Counted from the stretch's first letter, positions 39,314 through 54,990 are shown. The stretch: 64,000 nt of DNA from Eledone cirrhosa (GCA_964016885.1 OZ024745.1:20088001-20152000), one strand, 5' to 3'. The notes: generated by a model from the sequence alone, not told the origin. Numbers and translations: made by a program.

Positions 39314-39420
39314 AGAAGCATGTAAGCATGGGTAATTTATGTTCTCCTGCATTGCCTTTACTGCGTAACAAAATTTATAGTTGTGTTGACAAGTATATAT
39401 GTGCATGTGATCCATATCTT

Positions 39421-39423
<3 letters not shown>

Positions 39424-39518
<95 letters not shown>

Positions 39519-39540
39519 TTCTCTCTCTCTCTCTCTCTCA

Positions 39541-39603
<63 letters not shown>
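39424..39603. repeat. (CT)n microsatellite
   Basis: Direct reading. Confidence 0.97.
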
Positions 39604-39606
<3 letters not shown>

Positions 39607-40498
39607 AGTTTTCGCAAGAAAATCATTTCACTAGGTAGTGAATTCCAACAAAGTATTTAGTAAAAGTTAATTTAGAATTAATCGATTGTAATTGGACATG
39701 AAACGGTGATGATGAAATGATCCATTGGTTCCAGTAAGATATATAATAATAATGAAATTGGGTACAGTGCTCAGGTGCACTACAACTAAACTCCATAGCA
39801 CTGGTGTTTGTTTTTTAAATTAAAATTATAGAATAGCTCTTTAGAAAGTATGGATTTCATTTTGTGATCATACTCTCGATATACACACCTTCTAATGGAC
39901 TTATATCTTATATCAGTTGCAGGTTTGGGGATTCTTGTTCTTTTTGGCAAATGGTTTCTAATTTAAGCACAAGTCCAAGAATATTTTGGGGAAGTAGATT
40001 GTTAATTATATCTACTCCAGTATTTAACTGGCAATTTATTTTACCCACACCAAGAGGATAAAAGGCAAAGTTGACCTCAATATGAATTTCGACTCAGAAC
40101 ATAATGAGTCGCAACTAATTACCACAAAGCATTTTGTTTGATGCTATATATATATATATATATATATAATGCTTCCCAGTATTTAGTTATGGCTGGCTAC
40201 ATTCAGAGTTTAAATCATGCTGAAGTCATCTTTGTACTTTAGCTTATTTCGTGTTGCACATAGAATTTAATTTCTTAGATATTCATAAAGCCAGAATAAG
40301 GTTGTTAGGTCATGTGTTGAGGAAGGATGAAAGTGGTGGTGTGGAAGGAAATAGAGGAAGGAGAAGACCAAGAAAGACAATGGAAAAAGAAATGAAAGCC
40401 AGGTTTTTGGTGAGGTGGGGTTGTAGATGATAAGGCAAAATAGAAAAGCTTGTTAAAGGGCCCCATAAAAGTCTCTGCTTATTAAAACAAAAAAAAAG

Positions 40499-40790
40499 TT
40501 CAAACCTGTCTCAGCCCAGAGGCTCATCAGGTTACTACTTATTCCAGTTTCCTTAACGTTAAGTGACTGAGAGTACAATACTTTCCCCTGGACAGGATGC
40601 CAGTCTATCACAGGGTTAAATTCCCAGCTATTGCTGGTACTCGTGTTCAGCTGAGTATACAGGAGCAATGTGAAATGAAGTGTTTTATACTAGGACACAG
40701 AGTGCCACCTGGTCCAAGAATTGAACCCACAGCATTACATTTGGAAGCCCAACACCCTAACTCTAACTAGGCCATACATCTTCCAATCAT
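40499..40790 (-). mobile_element. SINE family B (MetaSINE-like), near full-length
   Basis: Reverse complement of the 13415-13665 family, with a tRNA-like head (GGGTTCAATTCTTGG on the - strand). Confidence 0.75.
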
Positions 40791-41000
40791 GCTTATTTGA
40801 CTGCTACTTATTTTATTGACCTCAGATGGATAAAAATAAAATCAACTTCATCAGGATTTCAATACAAAGAGATAACATTAAATACTGCAAGGTATTTTCT
40901 CTGGTGTTTTATTAATTCTTGAAAGAATGAAAAAACAAGTTGATTTTAGGTAGTTTTGAACTCTGAATGTAACCAGCTGGAACAAATACCATTTATTTAT

Positions 41001-41178
41001 CCCTTTAGTTACCAACCTGGCTGAAATCGGTCCTGGTTCTGAGATAAGACGGCCCATTTTAAAAGTTTCCAATTTAAATTAGTAATGAAATAATTAATAA
41101 TTTTAATAAATCCCTAAAAGTTCTTCATTAATTAATTGAAATAGAGTGTAGTTCATTAGAAATGGTGTCACGAAGTAG
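41001..41178. mobile_element. piggyBac-like MITE copy
   Basis: CCCTTTAGTTACCAACCTGGCTGAAA start, ends at TTAA; matches 16752-16968. Confidence 0.6.
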
Positions 41179-42290
41179 TTAAATTGCTCTGAGGCCAATA
41201 AATGAAGTACCAATAATATTTATAGGAAAGCAAACTGTGATGCATCTTGTATCCATTATATTTTATATTCAATTCTGGCTTCAATTTCGTAAAAGGACTG
41301 TATAAGCTGTAAATACTCTAAATGGTTTTACTGACTATATGTATCTGTAAATAATGTATGGAGACTTTTTGAATCTATGAATATTCGTTCTCTGTATATA
41401 TATATATGTGTGTAGGATGCATTGTTACTTGCTTTCTCAACCTGTCAACAAAATGCCATCAGTTATCTATGGTACATTACAACAAACCATCATCCACACT
41501 AGGGCCCTGGTTGAGACCTGGTAGGATGTATAATAATAATGATAACAACAACAACAATAATAATGAAACACACAGACAAATGCATACCCAAAGTCCCAGG
41601 ACTTACAAATACATGTATTCAGTTTATAGAACAAAGCACTACTAGATATTGCATACATATTATGAAGAGCACTCTCGATAGAATAGAAAGAACAACACAG
41701 ATAATACTGCATGTACCTCAGGCACACACAGCTGTGCTCGGTAATGCATTAACAACATACAAATAAATGAGACTAATAAAAATGAGGATGATGATGATGA
41801 TGATGATAATAATAATAAGTGAATCCAGTTATTTATCTGGTGTTTTGTTTTATTGACAGCAAAAGGATGAAAACTCACAACATTAAAAATGAGAAAAAAT
41901 TCTCACAATCCATTGGCTAAAGATAGTTTAGGAAGTGCCAGAATCTCACAACCCGTTGGCTGGACAGTTCTTTTGATATAAAGTGTTAAAAGCCTGGCTT
42001 GAATTTTCTTTTTGTAGTGTTCCAAGTTTTCATATTTAGAGATTTTAACATTTGTTGTTTTCTGTAAGTTGTAAGTGCTATAGTTTAAAAGTAGTTTAAC
42101 AGTGAATTAATATATTTTAGTAGGGTTTCTCTTACTGTAGCCATACATTGTGGCACTGCTTTCAAGGGTTTTGTCAATTATATCAACTCGGCTACTTATA
42201 TCAATGTAGTGTCGATTGTATTGTATTCTATTGAATCACTAAGTTACACTTTGATATAAAGGGCACAAATCGATACCCCATTTTATAACA

Positions 42291-42322
<32 letters not shown>

Positions 42323-42761
42323 CTTGCACACTGCCTTTCATACACTAAATTCCATTCATAAGGGATTGGTGAATCCGAGACCACAGTAGAAGGCACTTGC
42401 CCAAAGTGTTGCACAGAGATTGAATGCAGAACAACATTGTTTGCAAAACAGACTTCTTGATCACATGACTATGTGTGTGGGGGTGTGTGACAGCGAGAGA
42501 GAGAGAGAGCGAGCATGATTTAGATTTGAGTTTGAAAGATTCCAGTATTCAGTATTCCAGCTTCTATTATGTTACACTCCTCATTTCTTTATTACTAGTT
42601 GTGGGAAATATAAAGCTTGTCTGTTTTAAAGGTATAACTCTATTCTTAATCCTACCGTATACTACATCATTGATATGTGTGAGGGATCAAGCAAGTTGTA
42701 TATGTCAAAGTGAAGAGCTTTGAATATGATGAATATAGAGTATATATAATATATATATATA

Positions 42762-44131
42762 GCCATGTATAGAGGAACAGTCAGCAAGGTTAGAATTAAC
42801 GATGAATATAGTGATGAATTTAAAGTAATAGTAGGGGTTCACCAGGGCTCCGTTCTTAGCCCCCTCCTGTTTATTATTGTCTTACAGGCTATAACAGAGG
42901 CGTGTAAGACTGGCTGCCCATGGGAACTTCTATATGCAGATGATCTAACTCTCATAGCTGAACTAGAGAGGATGTTCCAAACATGGAAGCATGGCCTTGA
43001 ATCAAAAGGCCTTAGAGTCAACTTGTCTAAGACTAAGGTTCTAGTATGTAGAAAGGAGAATAGGGCACAGGTATCCTCTGGGAAATGGCCATGCTCAGTG
43101 TGTAAGGAAGGAGTAGGCAGAAACTCCATTCTATGTCCAAAATGCAAACTATGGGTACATAAAAGATGTAGTGGGATCAGAGGTAAACTATTTAAGAATG
43201 TATATTTTATGTGGCTGATGCTCAGGTACATTAAGTAGCAAGGACATACTGGATGATATCTCCTTCAACTGCCCAGATGATTCTATAGAAAGAGTAGACA
43301 TCTTCCATTACCTGGGTGACAAAATCAGCAGTGGAGGAGGGTGCTCTGAAAGTGTAGTAGCCAGAGTTAGAACGGGATGGAAAAAGTTCAGAGAGCTAAT
43401 ACCGCTGTTGGTCACAAGGGGTTTTTCTCTAAAAAATGAAAGGCAGATTGTATGATGCATGTATACAAACGGCGATATTACATGGTAGTGAGACTTGAGC
43501 ATTGTGTGCCGAAGACCTGCGTAGATTAGAAAGAAATGAAGCTTGCATGCTCCGATGGATGTGTAATTGTAACGTGCATGAAAGGCGAAGCATAAACGAA
43601 TTAAGAGGAAGACTAAGCATAAAAGGTATCAAATGTTGTGTTCTGGAGAGATGTGATGCGTATGAAGGATGACAACTGTATAAAAAAGTGCAGGGCAATG
43701 AAAATTGATGGAAGCTGCAGAGTGGGTAGACCAAGAAAAACCTGGGTCAAGGTGATAAAAACTGACCTTGTTCACTTACACCTCTCTAAGACAATGTCAT
43801 TGGATCGAGAACTTTGGCGCCATGCAGTTGTCTAGAAGACCCGGCTGCCATTGCATACAAACCTACAGTTAGTAGGCACCTCTTAACTCAATGTACACCC
43901 CACCACCACACCCTACCCCATCCCCCCTCTTCCGTTCCATCCACTGTCGATGACACAACAGTCCACACTGTAAGGTGGCCGTGTAGGAAACATGGTGAAA
44001 CGGCTCCCAGTCCACACTGTAAATGTGGCTGGTGTTAGGAAGGGCATCCAGCTGTTAAAAAACCTACCAGAGATGCTTCCATTTAGGAACAAAACCGTCT
44101 AACCCATGCGAGCGTGGAAAATGGACGTTAA

Positions 44132-44166
<35 letters not shown>
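42762..44166 (+). mobile_element. 5'-truncated RTE LINE, family 2
   Basis: GVHQGSVLSPLLF, YADD, WPCSVC..HKRC, GRPRKTW; (GAT)n tail; inverted relative to 14440-16706. Confidence 0.92.
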
Positions 44167-47035
44167 ACATAATTCCTCTGAATTATTGTTATTTGTGTTT
44201 GACTACTCACCCACTCTTTGACATTAAATAATGATGATGGTGATAATATTTAAATCTGCATTAAATGAAGTATCCTTAATTTCTCTATAATAGCTGTCCC
44301 CATGCTTTCAGATACTATTTAAGGATCTACTATGATTACCCAGCTATATAATTTGAAAGTATCCTCCACCTCATTCAGGTGCTTTAACTTGACTGGATCC
44401 CACCCCTTACCTTTCATTTTATAGTGAAGATTTGCTTAGAGGATAGATGAGATGATCATGAAAATTAGTTAATTATTCTGCAAGAAATAAAATGTTGCTT
44501 TATTATTAATAATTCAACAGTTTGAAAAGTTTGCAACTTTAATCTGAATTTTAAAACTTAGTGTTTCATTATTTCCATACATCCACCAAATAACAGCTGT
44601 TTCTTCTACAGTGTAATATAGAAGATGAGAAATATATTAATTCTTGTTGCTTCACAAAACAATATTAAGCATTTAATGTAATTAAAAGAATATCATCTTC
44701 AGACCCTCATCCTGAGATATCCTTTAGTTTTTAGAATAATAGAAAATCAATTAAAAAAAAAAAAATCTAAGGCATGGACACATGGTATGAATAATGTCAT
44801 TTTGTCGTATAAAACTGTATACTTGCATGGGGTTCTGTTACCAACATAAATTGTTGTGAAGTTCACTTCTGTGAGATATATGTTTATTATTATTTTATTA
44901 CTACTAGGAGGTGCAATTATACAGTACTAGGCTGAAGGCTTATTAGTTTGTATCCTACTACAGGTATTGCACTGTGTCCTTGGGCAAGACACTTAACTCT
45001 TCTGGCCTTATGAAAAAGGGTTTCTATACAATATTATCATTTTTAGTTTATTATTGTCATCATTTTTTATATTATTTTGTTATTATTATTGTTATCACAA
45101 CAATTGTCACGAGTTTCTATAATGTTCTATTATTGACACTTAACCATTTTGATTGTTAACACAAGTTTTTTCCTTTTATTGATACCTTATTTTGATCACA
45201 ATTGTCACATCATATTCTATATATTGAATCATTTATAGCATAAAACAAGAAAAAGTAGTGTCTAGTTAACTTGTTACACCATAATTTTGAAAGTATTATA
45301 AAACCTATCTTACAAAGAGCTTGTCTGCCTTTGGTGTTTTGTTTGCCCTATTCACAGCACTCCAGCAGTTCTTTTCTTGAAGGTTTTAAATTTAACCTAT
45401 CTTGTAAAAGATAAATTTAACATCAGTGGTACCAATTTTGGTGTTAAGTATTAATAACTCATGTTAGCATGGAGAATCATCACCATCACCATTTAACATT
45501 CATTTTCCACACTAGCATGGGATAGACAGGTTGTCCTGTTGTAAGGCAAGTCAGATCAGATAACCATGTCTTGCTCAAACAGAACTGTTTCTGGCATGGT
45601 TTCTACAGCTGGATGCACTTCCTAACCTCAGCCTTATTTACAGTGTAGAGAAATGTATATAAAATGATGTTTGTAAAATAGCAAAAGTTTTTTAAGTTTT
45701 CAAAGGATGACGAAGTCCAGTGCTTATCTCTGGTGTTTATGATGTTACAGGGATCAGATAAATCTCCCTTTAGGCAGGGACAGGGCATTGTAATATTCTT
45801 TAATGCCAGTCTTATGTGAGGTGCAAAGAATTAAGTACACTGCCCCAGTTATTCATTGAACAATTTGCAGTGAAAGAGAACTAAAAATCTATGAGCTGAG
45901 AGTTAAATACTTACATCCACTTAGAGCTATTTTACTTCCATTAAATTATTAACTAATAAATTATATCTGAGATAAAAGCACCCAGACATTCCTGGTAACA
46001 TCAATGCTGCTTGGTATCTGATAAAGGGAATGCCTTGCAGTGCAAAATATTGTTTGTAAAATATTTTATCAAAATATAGGGGTTTGTATTTTCACATAGC
46101 AAAAATTTCAGCATTAAGTTTTCAGCTGCCTGTTAATTGCCATGACTACCATTACACTGTTATGCAGTGTTTTGATGTAAGATTCATGTTGATCAATCTC
46201 AGCTGTTCAGCCATTATTGTACTATAGTGTTTGGTATACTAATATATAAACTGTGTTTATCAATAGAAAGAGATCTGATATTCTGGTAAAATAGTGAAAA
46301 TAATATTCATTATATAGCAACAGAGTATATTAAAATGGTATACAAGGACTTTCTATTATTTTGTTATTTAGTGATGTTGATGGCAGCATCTGTGAACCCA
46401 TGTCAATACAATTTATGTCATGAATAAAACTCTGCTGATATATTCAGTACTGAAGAAGGGGGGAAGGGGGGGGGGGGGTAATAAGAACATTTCAAAGTCA
46501 GAAAATTGTTTAGGGTTTAATTGAGGGGGTGAAACTCTTCTGAATGACAACTAGGAAGTATGACACATCAATTTTGTAAAGATGTGAGATAATTTAGATT
46601 ATAAATATATACGATCACATACAAACATAGATATAAGCAAGTATATATGTATGGGTTTGTGTGTGTTTATTTATGTGACATTAACACTTTCTTCAGTATT
46701 GAATCTTTCGTTTTTTTTTTTCCTTATTTATTTAATTATAAATTTTGTTTGCACATTCTATTCTCAGTTATATTTTCTTCATTGTTCTTTGCTTGAAATT
46801 TGTTAACTTTATCTCTTGATATTCTTTCCTAAGAAAGTTCTTTGTTGGATTAATGAAGAAATGTGGGTTGATTCCTTTTATTGCCAAATCTCCTTTGGCA
46901 TATTTTAATTTTTCCATTGATATCTCATTGATATCTCATTGATATCTCATTGCTCCATTTGCTGAAATACTGGTAACTTCTTTCTGTTATTTTTAAAATT
47001 AATTGTACATGCAATTCTCTTATTTAATTTTATAG

Positions 47036-47137
47036 TCTACTCCAGTTGAACCAGGTCACCCACAAACTGGAGTCTCTGCACAAACAAACCGAGATATGGG
47101 ACCGAGTCGAGACAGACATGCTTCTGCACCTAATAAG
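47036..47137 (+). CDS. CSNK1G: Casein kinase I gamma, C-terminal tail exon
   Basis: ttttatag|...AAG|gtaatt; STPVEPGHPQTGVSAQTNRDMGPSRDRHASAPNK; the (S/P)TPV start follows DW.G(R/K)QL as in gish and CSNK1G3; 102 nt, phase 0-0. Confidence 0.9.
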
Positions 47138-48456
47138 GTAATTTTATGATATATTTGTAAAACAGAATTAATCCATAAATCATTTTATTTAAATTAAAGC
47201 AAGACCTACTTTATTTTGCATGTTGATATATCAGCTGTTTTCTTTTGCTATAGAATGTTTATTAGTGTACTATGCACGTTATAAGGTATTAGTTATTGTG
47301 GACTATTTTTTAAGAGAGAAATGAAAAAAAAAATATATATATATATTTTAAAAGTGCAGTTGTATGATTTCTGGTGAGTTTGAGAAAATGTTTATTTTCT
47401 TTGATTATACTATAATAGATATTATAACAAGTTCTAATTAGTATCTGTTCCCCTTTAAAAGTCTTAGATGTACATCTAACCTGAAGTGTAGTCAATGGCT
47501 CTAGCTGTACATTAAAAGCAGAATTTAGTGACTTTGAGAAGAATCTTCTACAAGTGTAGTGTGTATGCTTAGGAAGGATTTTGAGCCAGAGAATTAGGTG
47601 ACTAGATGCAAGGATGTAATTTATAGCAAAAACAACCCTAGATTTAAGACAATGGACTAGCTAGGTGGTTAAGTCAAAAATAGTTGCTATATTCTGTTAT
47701 AAAAGAGACCTGGTATTGATAGTTCAGCAATTGATAACATTGTTGATAGATGTTCAACAGAGATGGAATTGCTGCTCCTATTGACTACAAAATATTGTTT
47801 TCTATAAATGTGGTTGGCGTTAGGAAGGGCATCCAACCATAGAAATCAAGCCAGAATCAATTCTGTATGAGCAAGGCATGTTCATCTGATCTGGCTTGTC
47901 TCACAGTGAGACAACTTGTCCTACCCATGCTAACATGGAGAAAAAGATGATGAATATGTGCGAAGTTTTGTACCATAGAGCAGTAAACAGAGGAATATCA
48001 TTGCATAAGATTTTCAGGAGAAAATAACTGCATAACAAAGGTATGATTGATGTATGCAAAGAAGATTGTATTGGTATGCATATGTAATAATAGACGCTAA
48101 GGAAAAAAATACTGAATATTGATAATGGAAAGTAGCGTTGGTTGAGATAGACGAAGGGAGATATAAGAACATGATCTAGTTTACTCCTGTCCCTATAATA
48201 CCAATCATGTCAGTTGAATCTGTTGTAAACCAGACAACTTCAATAGACAAAATTGAAGAATATGTAGTGATCTAGTGTTACAAACACACACACACACCAA
48301 CATTGGGTTGGAAAATAGATGTTAGACTTTAAGATATGACATATACCATCGGAAAACTTGTAGTTATTTTATAGCAGCAGATGTTTTAGAAGATCATAAA
48401 TAATAGCCTTTGTGAATGGGTGAAAAAGATAAGTAGTTGTGGTACACGTGCATGTA

Positions 48457-48508
<52 letters not shown>

Positions 48509-51284
48509 GATGCATGTGCACATATACATACATGCAGGAGAACCAGATATCTCTGGTTGCAGTAAGTTTGTATAATTCAATCTAGTTGTCTGCATGAGAA
48601 ACTCATCTTTGTATTATTTTGGGTTGCAGCTAGTTACTAATTTATTGCCTATCATTAAATAGCCTGATGTTTAATCTGTTAATTTCTATCCTTCATTTTA
48701 CTCCTAATATACACTAATGCCTGTGTCATATTTCAATGTCTTATCTTTTTCCAAGTACAGGTAAGTTTTTGGTTGAAAGTATTTTTTGAAATGTTGAAGC
48801 TGATTTTTTTTATTTATCTATTTACATAAACCCTCAATTTATTGTTTTTGCTTGACTATTGCAATGCTATCTATGTCATCTATAGTTTCTCTCTATTGCA
48901 AGCACTTATCTTTCTTTTCCTCTTTTTCTTTTCCTTTTTTTAAAATTTCTTGTGAATATAGAAAGGGTGGGATATATATAAAGTTATAGATTGTCACCAT
49001 CCTTTGATCTGCTCTATGTTAAAGATCATTAATAGTCTCAACTTTACTCCCCAGTATATAAAATACTTATGATGGCTACTTGCTGATAACTCTTATTTGC
49101 TTGGCCCCTATTGTTTACCATTTATTACTTGCCCGTACTGTACAGAATAAATTTATTCAAATTGCATTCTATCTTATAAGTAGTTGAGATTTTTGGAATA
49201 AATAATTATTATTAGACTGAAGAGTTGCAAGTTGAGTTTACAACCTGATTTCAATTAAAGATTGTTACCGTTTCACTTCACTCTCTTTAATAATCCTCCA
49301 GAGGTAATGTATTCTCCATCCTGTCGGCTGTGACTGAGAGGTGGAGAGTAAGTTAGTTGGAGGTGGAGGATACTTGTTCATACATCACATATATACAAAC
49401 ATACTCAACCTCTTGCATATTAACATTTAAATTTCTATTTACCTACTTTGTAATTATCTTAGAAAGGTATGAATGTCATATCAAGTATTTACGAAATTTA
49501 CTTTTTTTTGTTTTTTCTTCTTCCTATGAATCTGAGGCCTTGAGCCTCTGTAAAACTTTAATCCTTAAGTGAATAGAGGAATTATCCAAGACAATAATGA
49601 GGTGGACTATCAGGTTTATGATGTACAAAGTTTGTTGCTGTCCTGTCTTGGTTCAGACTTTACCACTATTAACTTTGCATTTCATCATTCCTGAGTCAAT
49701 AAGATAAAATTCCATATCAGTTAGATATTGGGGTTACTTATATTGACTTATGTTCTTGTCCTAATATTGGAGTGGGGGGGTATGCCTTTAGACAAAGGGA
49801 ATCATTACCCCTTTTCTCCTTCTCCACCCTCCCACTATTAGTTGAGGTACAATGGCCAAATGAATAAAGTACTAAACTCTAGCTCCTGAGTTTGTCTTTC
49901 ATTACAGGTATTCTTGGGTAAGAGATGTCTCTCTACTTACCTAAGGATTAATGCCAAGTTAAAATTAATATAAATAATAATAATTTATTATTATTATTTC
50001 TGTTATTGTTAAGGTGGATGCAACAGTACGGTGGTAAGTTCTCAGCAAATGAAGTTGATGGCCTGTTTTTGATTCCCGTTGGAAGTTCTTCACTTATGTT
50101 GGTTTTCTATATAAATATGGGAATCCATCCCTGTACATGAAACCTTTACTATTTTTGTTGTTGTTATTTCATAATTACTGAAAAAAAAAAAATTATTAAT
50201 CAGAACTACATTGTTGTTCATGTTGTTATTTCTGTGGGTGTATGTAAAAACAAGAAAAGCAATAGCTAATTTGTCCCTCATTTCCACTATTTCTCTTCCA
50301 TTCCTCAGAGTATCCTCCATTTCAACAATAATGCCTGTTGAAATTATGAATATTAACAAAGGATAGCTTCTGAATGACATTTTATGATTGGATACATTTT
50401 AAAAACTTTTTTAAAAACTTTTTTACTTTGAATTCCTTTATAATTATTTCTTGTATTGATATTAGCATTTTTCATTACTGATTTTTAACAGCCACTTTCT
50501 TCCATACAAATATGACTTGACAAGTCTGTAATAAAACATCTTTATATGCAGCTCAATCCTTTAAGAAAGATAAGCTCCTGCGATCTGCTTGAAACTTCCT
50601 TGTCACAAATATTTCTTGCTCTACCTCTACCTTTTTAAAATCCTCCATCTCCATTGCACAACAATTTGTCAGTGAGCATGCCTCATCTATTCTATTATAT
50701 GTTCATATCTGCTTAGGTCTTTTTTCTTGGTATATTGGCTTTTCATGTGTGAGCACTTACACAAACTTATTTGCACTTAATCAAACATTTCAGTTGACCA
50801 CACTTTTGCTCCTACAGACTTTATTTTACAAATTTACTTATCATATTTCATGTATTGGACACCAACAGGAATCTATATACTGCCAGAAATTTTTTATATT
50901 ATTTTAAAAGAAAAACAGAAGCTTTAATGCAGTCTTAATTATCTCACAACTATCACTTCCAGCAAACCATTTGTAAAAAAAAAATGTCTCTTTAATCCTT
51001 AAGTGATTTTGTGTTTGAAACTGCCTTTAAAGACAGTCCCATGAAGGCTTTCTTTTAAAATAGGCTGTCACAGGATTCCACTTGTCAGTCATTTGTCATA
51101 GTCATAGGCAGAGTGGTGTATGTAACTTTGTAGACAAATATACCCTAAACTATTTACTGAGCATACTGCTTATTCTGACACCACTTTTAACTTTGTACAG
51201 GACCAAATATACACTAAAGAACAATTCATTTACACTTAAGATCAATACACATTCCAATATTGGCAGCTGTTATTAAAAACTTAC

Positions 51285-51550
51285 ATCTCTACCTGTAATT
51301 GCACCTATCAACTTTACATCCTGCATACAATTTACATTGAGGTTCTTATATCTCTACCTGTAATTATACCTGCACACCTATAATTCCTCTACCTAAAAGC
51401 ACACTATATCCTGTACACAATTCACATCAAGATTCTTACTATATATCTCTACCTATAATCATATAATTCACATCAACATCCTTACCATATCATATCTCTA
51501 CCTGTAATTACTTTACCTGTAATCACGCAATTCACATCAAGATTCTACAT
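51285..51550. repeat. Degenerate tandem repeat (CTCTACCTGTAAT..CAATTCACATCAAGATTC)
   Basis: Sub-motifs recur four to five times. Confidence 0.7.
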
Positions 51551-53248
51551 CGTTCATTATGCCTACAATTCCTCTTATTCTATACCATGGTTCTATAATT
51601 AATTTTGGTGACCCTAGGCTGAAGAATATAATTGTTGGAAACACAAGGTGGGCTCAAATTTAACTCCAAGGGCGTCATCATCCTCATTAGGTTAGTCTAG
51701 TGCGGTTTCTGTTTTGTTTTGTTTGTTTTTTTCCATGTAACAGTTGTATTGGATCACATGGTACTAGTGGCCCTCTCGAGCCACTTCACATAAAAATACT
51801 TACACACGCACAAAAGAAATCTGTCAACCAGAAAAATACATCTTAATTTGTTTTTTTATTTTAATAATTCTATCCAATTTTACCATATATTACCAACTTT
51901 TATCAATTCTGTTTTTACTTAGATTTTGCAAGTTTTTGTGGTTCATATTTTAGCTGTAGTTACTGAACACTCATTTGCAATGGGATAGTCCATCATTATC
52001 ATATATTGATAAATATGCACAAAGTTTGTTTGTTGTGAAACAGTTTTGCCATTTTTCAATGAATTTTCACAAAATTTAGTACAGAAATCTAGATCCATCC
52101 TAGCATATTTAATGGACAAAAAAAAAATCTTGACTCCAAGCTCATTTCATGTAAAACTAGAAGCATTCAGGAAAGGAGGTGGAGAAAGACTTAAAATTTT
52201 AATGGAGTAGGTGTGGGGAAAATAGAATATGCATTTGGGTGGTGAAGAATTGTTTTATGGCATCAAGCTGTTTGCATTCTTCACTAATCTCTCTCGCCTC
52301 TCTCTTATCTTACTGTATTTCTCTTTCTCATTTCCACACAAACACCTTCTCTTGTCTTTGTCTGTCTGTCAGTCAGCACGTGTGTGTGTGCATGTGTGCG
52401 TATATATGTATATTCATGTTTGTGCCTGTATGACTGCACATTGATGTCTGTATGAATTCATATATACACGTGTAAGTTTTATTGTGTGTCTGCATGTATG
52501 TATGTGTATCATGAATTGTGAGCTAGTGTGTGTCATTGACTGTAAGTGTATGTTTGTTAATCAGTGTTTATGTAAAATACTGTATACATAAATCAGTTAA
52601 GTTTAAACCCCCCCCCCCATTTTCTATATATTTGGCACCCAAGCAACGTAGTGTATCCCATTGGTAGTGTTATGTTATCATCATCATCAATGTACAATTT
52701 CCCTATTAGCAAGGGTTAGATGGGTCTACATAGACCATGTGAGTCCAGAAGTGAGGCTACTGACTGCCCAGACAGGCTGAGAGTGTGTGCATCCTGCTTA
52801 CATAGAGTCATACATGCTATTGAGTGCAAAGGAGAAGTTGTCTCTTTTGATACAAACTAAAAGGTTCTCCCAACACCTTTTTTGGCAAGCTTTCTACAGC
52901 TGGATGCCCTTCCTAACACCAACCACTTTACAGCGTGTACTGGTTGCTTTTACTGTGTAGATCAATTCTAGTGTCGGCTACCTCTAAAAGTAAGAGTACT
53001 CAATACATTATATAAAGTATGTATTGTTTATTGAGGGTATGGAAGATAGAATTCTCAACAGTGACTTATATTTGAGTATAATATCACAAAACTTTGTTTA
53101 TTGACTATGATAGATTATCTAGTTGTAATTTACATATTTTATGTCAGTTTTGCCAGTATGTTTCTTAACCAATTGGTTTACTTCTCTTAAATATTTCTAG
53201 TTATTGGTTGGAAGTGTTTTACAGGATTTAGTTAAAATAATGCATTAA

Positions 53249-53458
53249 CCCTTTAGCATTCACATTACTCTATATATACTATTATATTTTCATGGTAAAG
53301 GCTTTACCTCACATAATTATCTCACATAATATCGAATCTATGAGATTTTGAAAGTATTTATTTTGAGAAAAATACCTTAACATCAATTTGAGTGACCAGT
53401 TACAGCCAGTTTCAACAGAAAAAGGTAGAGAATTTTGGCCGGTTTGAACATTAAAGGG
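53249..53458. mobile_element. piggyBac-like MITE, family 2
   Basis: TTAA|CCCTTTAGCATT ... ACATTAAAGGG|TTAA. Confidence 0.75.
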
Positions 53459-54990
53459 TTAAGATATATAACATTTGTACTTTAGGATGACTTTCTTGCC
53501 AAACACAGTTAAATGGTGATATTTTGTGGTCATGTATTCTTTAAGAAATCTCATAAGAAGAATGGTACAGCATCGAAGAGTGACTTTAATATATTTTAAC
53601 TTATATCCTTATTCATACCACTGTTTTGTCCGTTTTTTTTTATTTTTTATTAATATTATTATTAGTGATCACAGTTTTATAAAGAGCAAAGCTACTAGGG
53701 AAAAGTTTGAGAATCTTGTATATCAAAAAAATATTCTAGAATTATTGACCTTGAATAACTTGATGACCTTTTTCTTAGGGTTTATTTTAAGTAATCATCA
53801 TATGAGATAATCTATTGTAAATAGATTATCTCAAATCAATTTTTATTGTCTTGCCATTTTATTATACTTTTAAAAATGTATCTTCCCCAAGAATACACCA
53901 TGATACCTGCTGTAGAATAGGAATGATGACTATATGACATATTTCTCTAGAAACACACACACATACATATATATATACATACACATGTACACATATATAC
54001 ATACACATACATACATACACACCCACTTACACATGTACATAATACCAATACCTCTATGATCTGAGGTCAATTTTCATTTCATCATTTGGAGGTGGTGGTG
54101 GTGATGGGGGGGGAGGTCAATAAAATAAAGTAATGGTCCAGGGTGGTGGAATTGTTAAGTTCCAGATATGTCGTCTTTTAATACAATTTAAATACCACCA
54201 ACTGGTCTCTGGGTGCTTTTAGCAGAGTCTACTCTGTTGCAAGCATTCTGACATGAAGTACCTTCTTCCTTCCCACCTTCCTCTCTCTCCATCCCACCCT
54301 CTCTGGCACCATTATCGGAGGCCCTGGAAGGGTTATGGGTACTCTTTTTTCTTGCCTAAATGAACAATAAAATAAATAAGTTCTACAGAATTGTTTAAAT
54401 TAGTCATAGGATGTGAATAATGATAGTGTAAGTTTATTTAGTAATTGTTAACATTTTAAATCTTTTAAAGCTTTTGTTTTTATAAAATGGTATATCAAGT
54501 GGTGTGTGCAATATCTTGAGCATATCACAAGCCCATTACCGTTTAACAAAAATGAGTCAACTTGTTACTTTTGCATGTTTTACTTGCCTCCTACAACCCC
54601 TGCTCTCAATTTTTGCTGATTGGCTTTACTGTGCTGTGAAACTGTTCTTGCTTTCATTCTGTGATCCTTTTTCATGCGTAGTGCTTCTATTTTTTTCATT
54701 GTTGGTATCTTGACTGAATCAAATAGATAACTTTTATCACTAATTTTACAGAGTTTCAGTGCTTAATTGATTTTTTTTTTATTGTATAATTGAATATCAA
54801 TTATTCTTTGTATTCCAGCAGTTTTAGAAATTAACGATGCTGTTGAATTATTGATCAGTGATAAAACGAGGTGGGGGGGGGGGTAGAATGTCCTCCAGAA
54901 ATATTTGCATCACAAAGTTGATAGGATTAGTATTATGTTGGCTGTTCAATTTATTATTTCACATTCAACTACTGGTTATATTGATAGTGA

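Noticed and set aside
50014-50033. 20-nt microexon (AAG|..|GTAAGT)
   Set aside because: Weak acceptor; the context resembles a decayed tRNA-SINE head.
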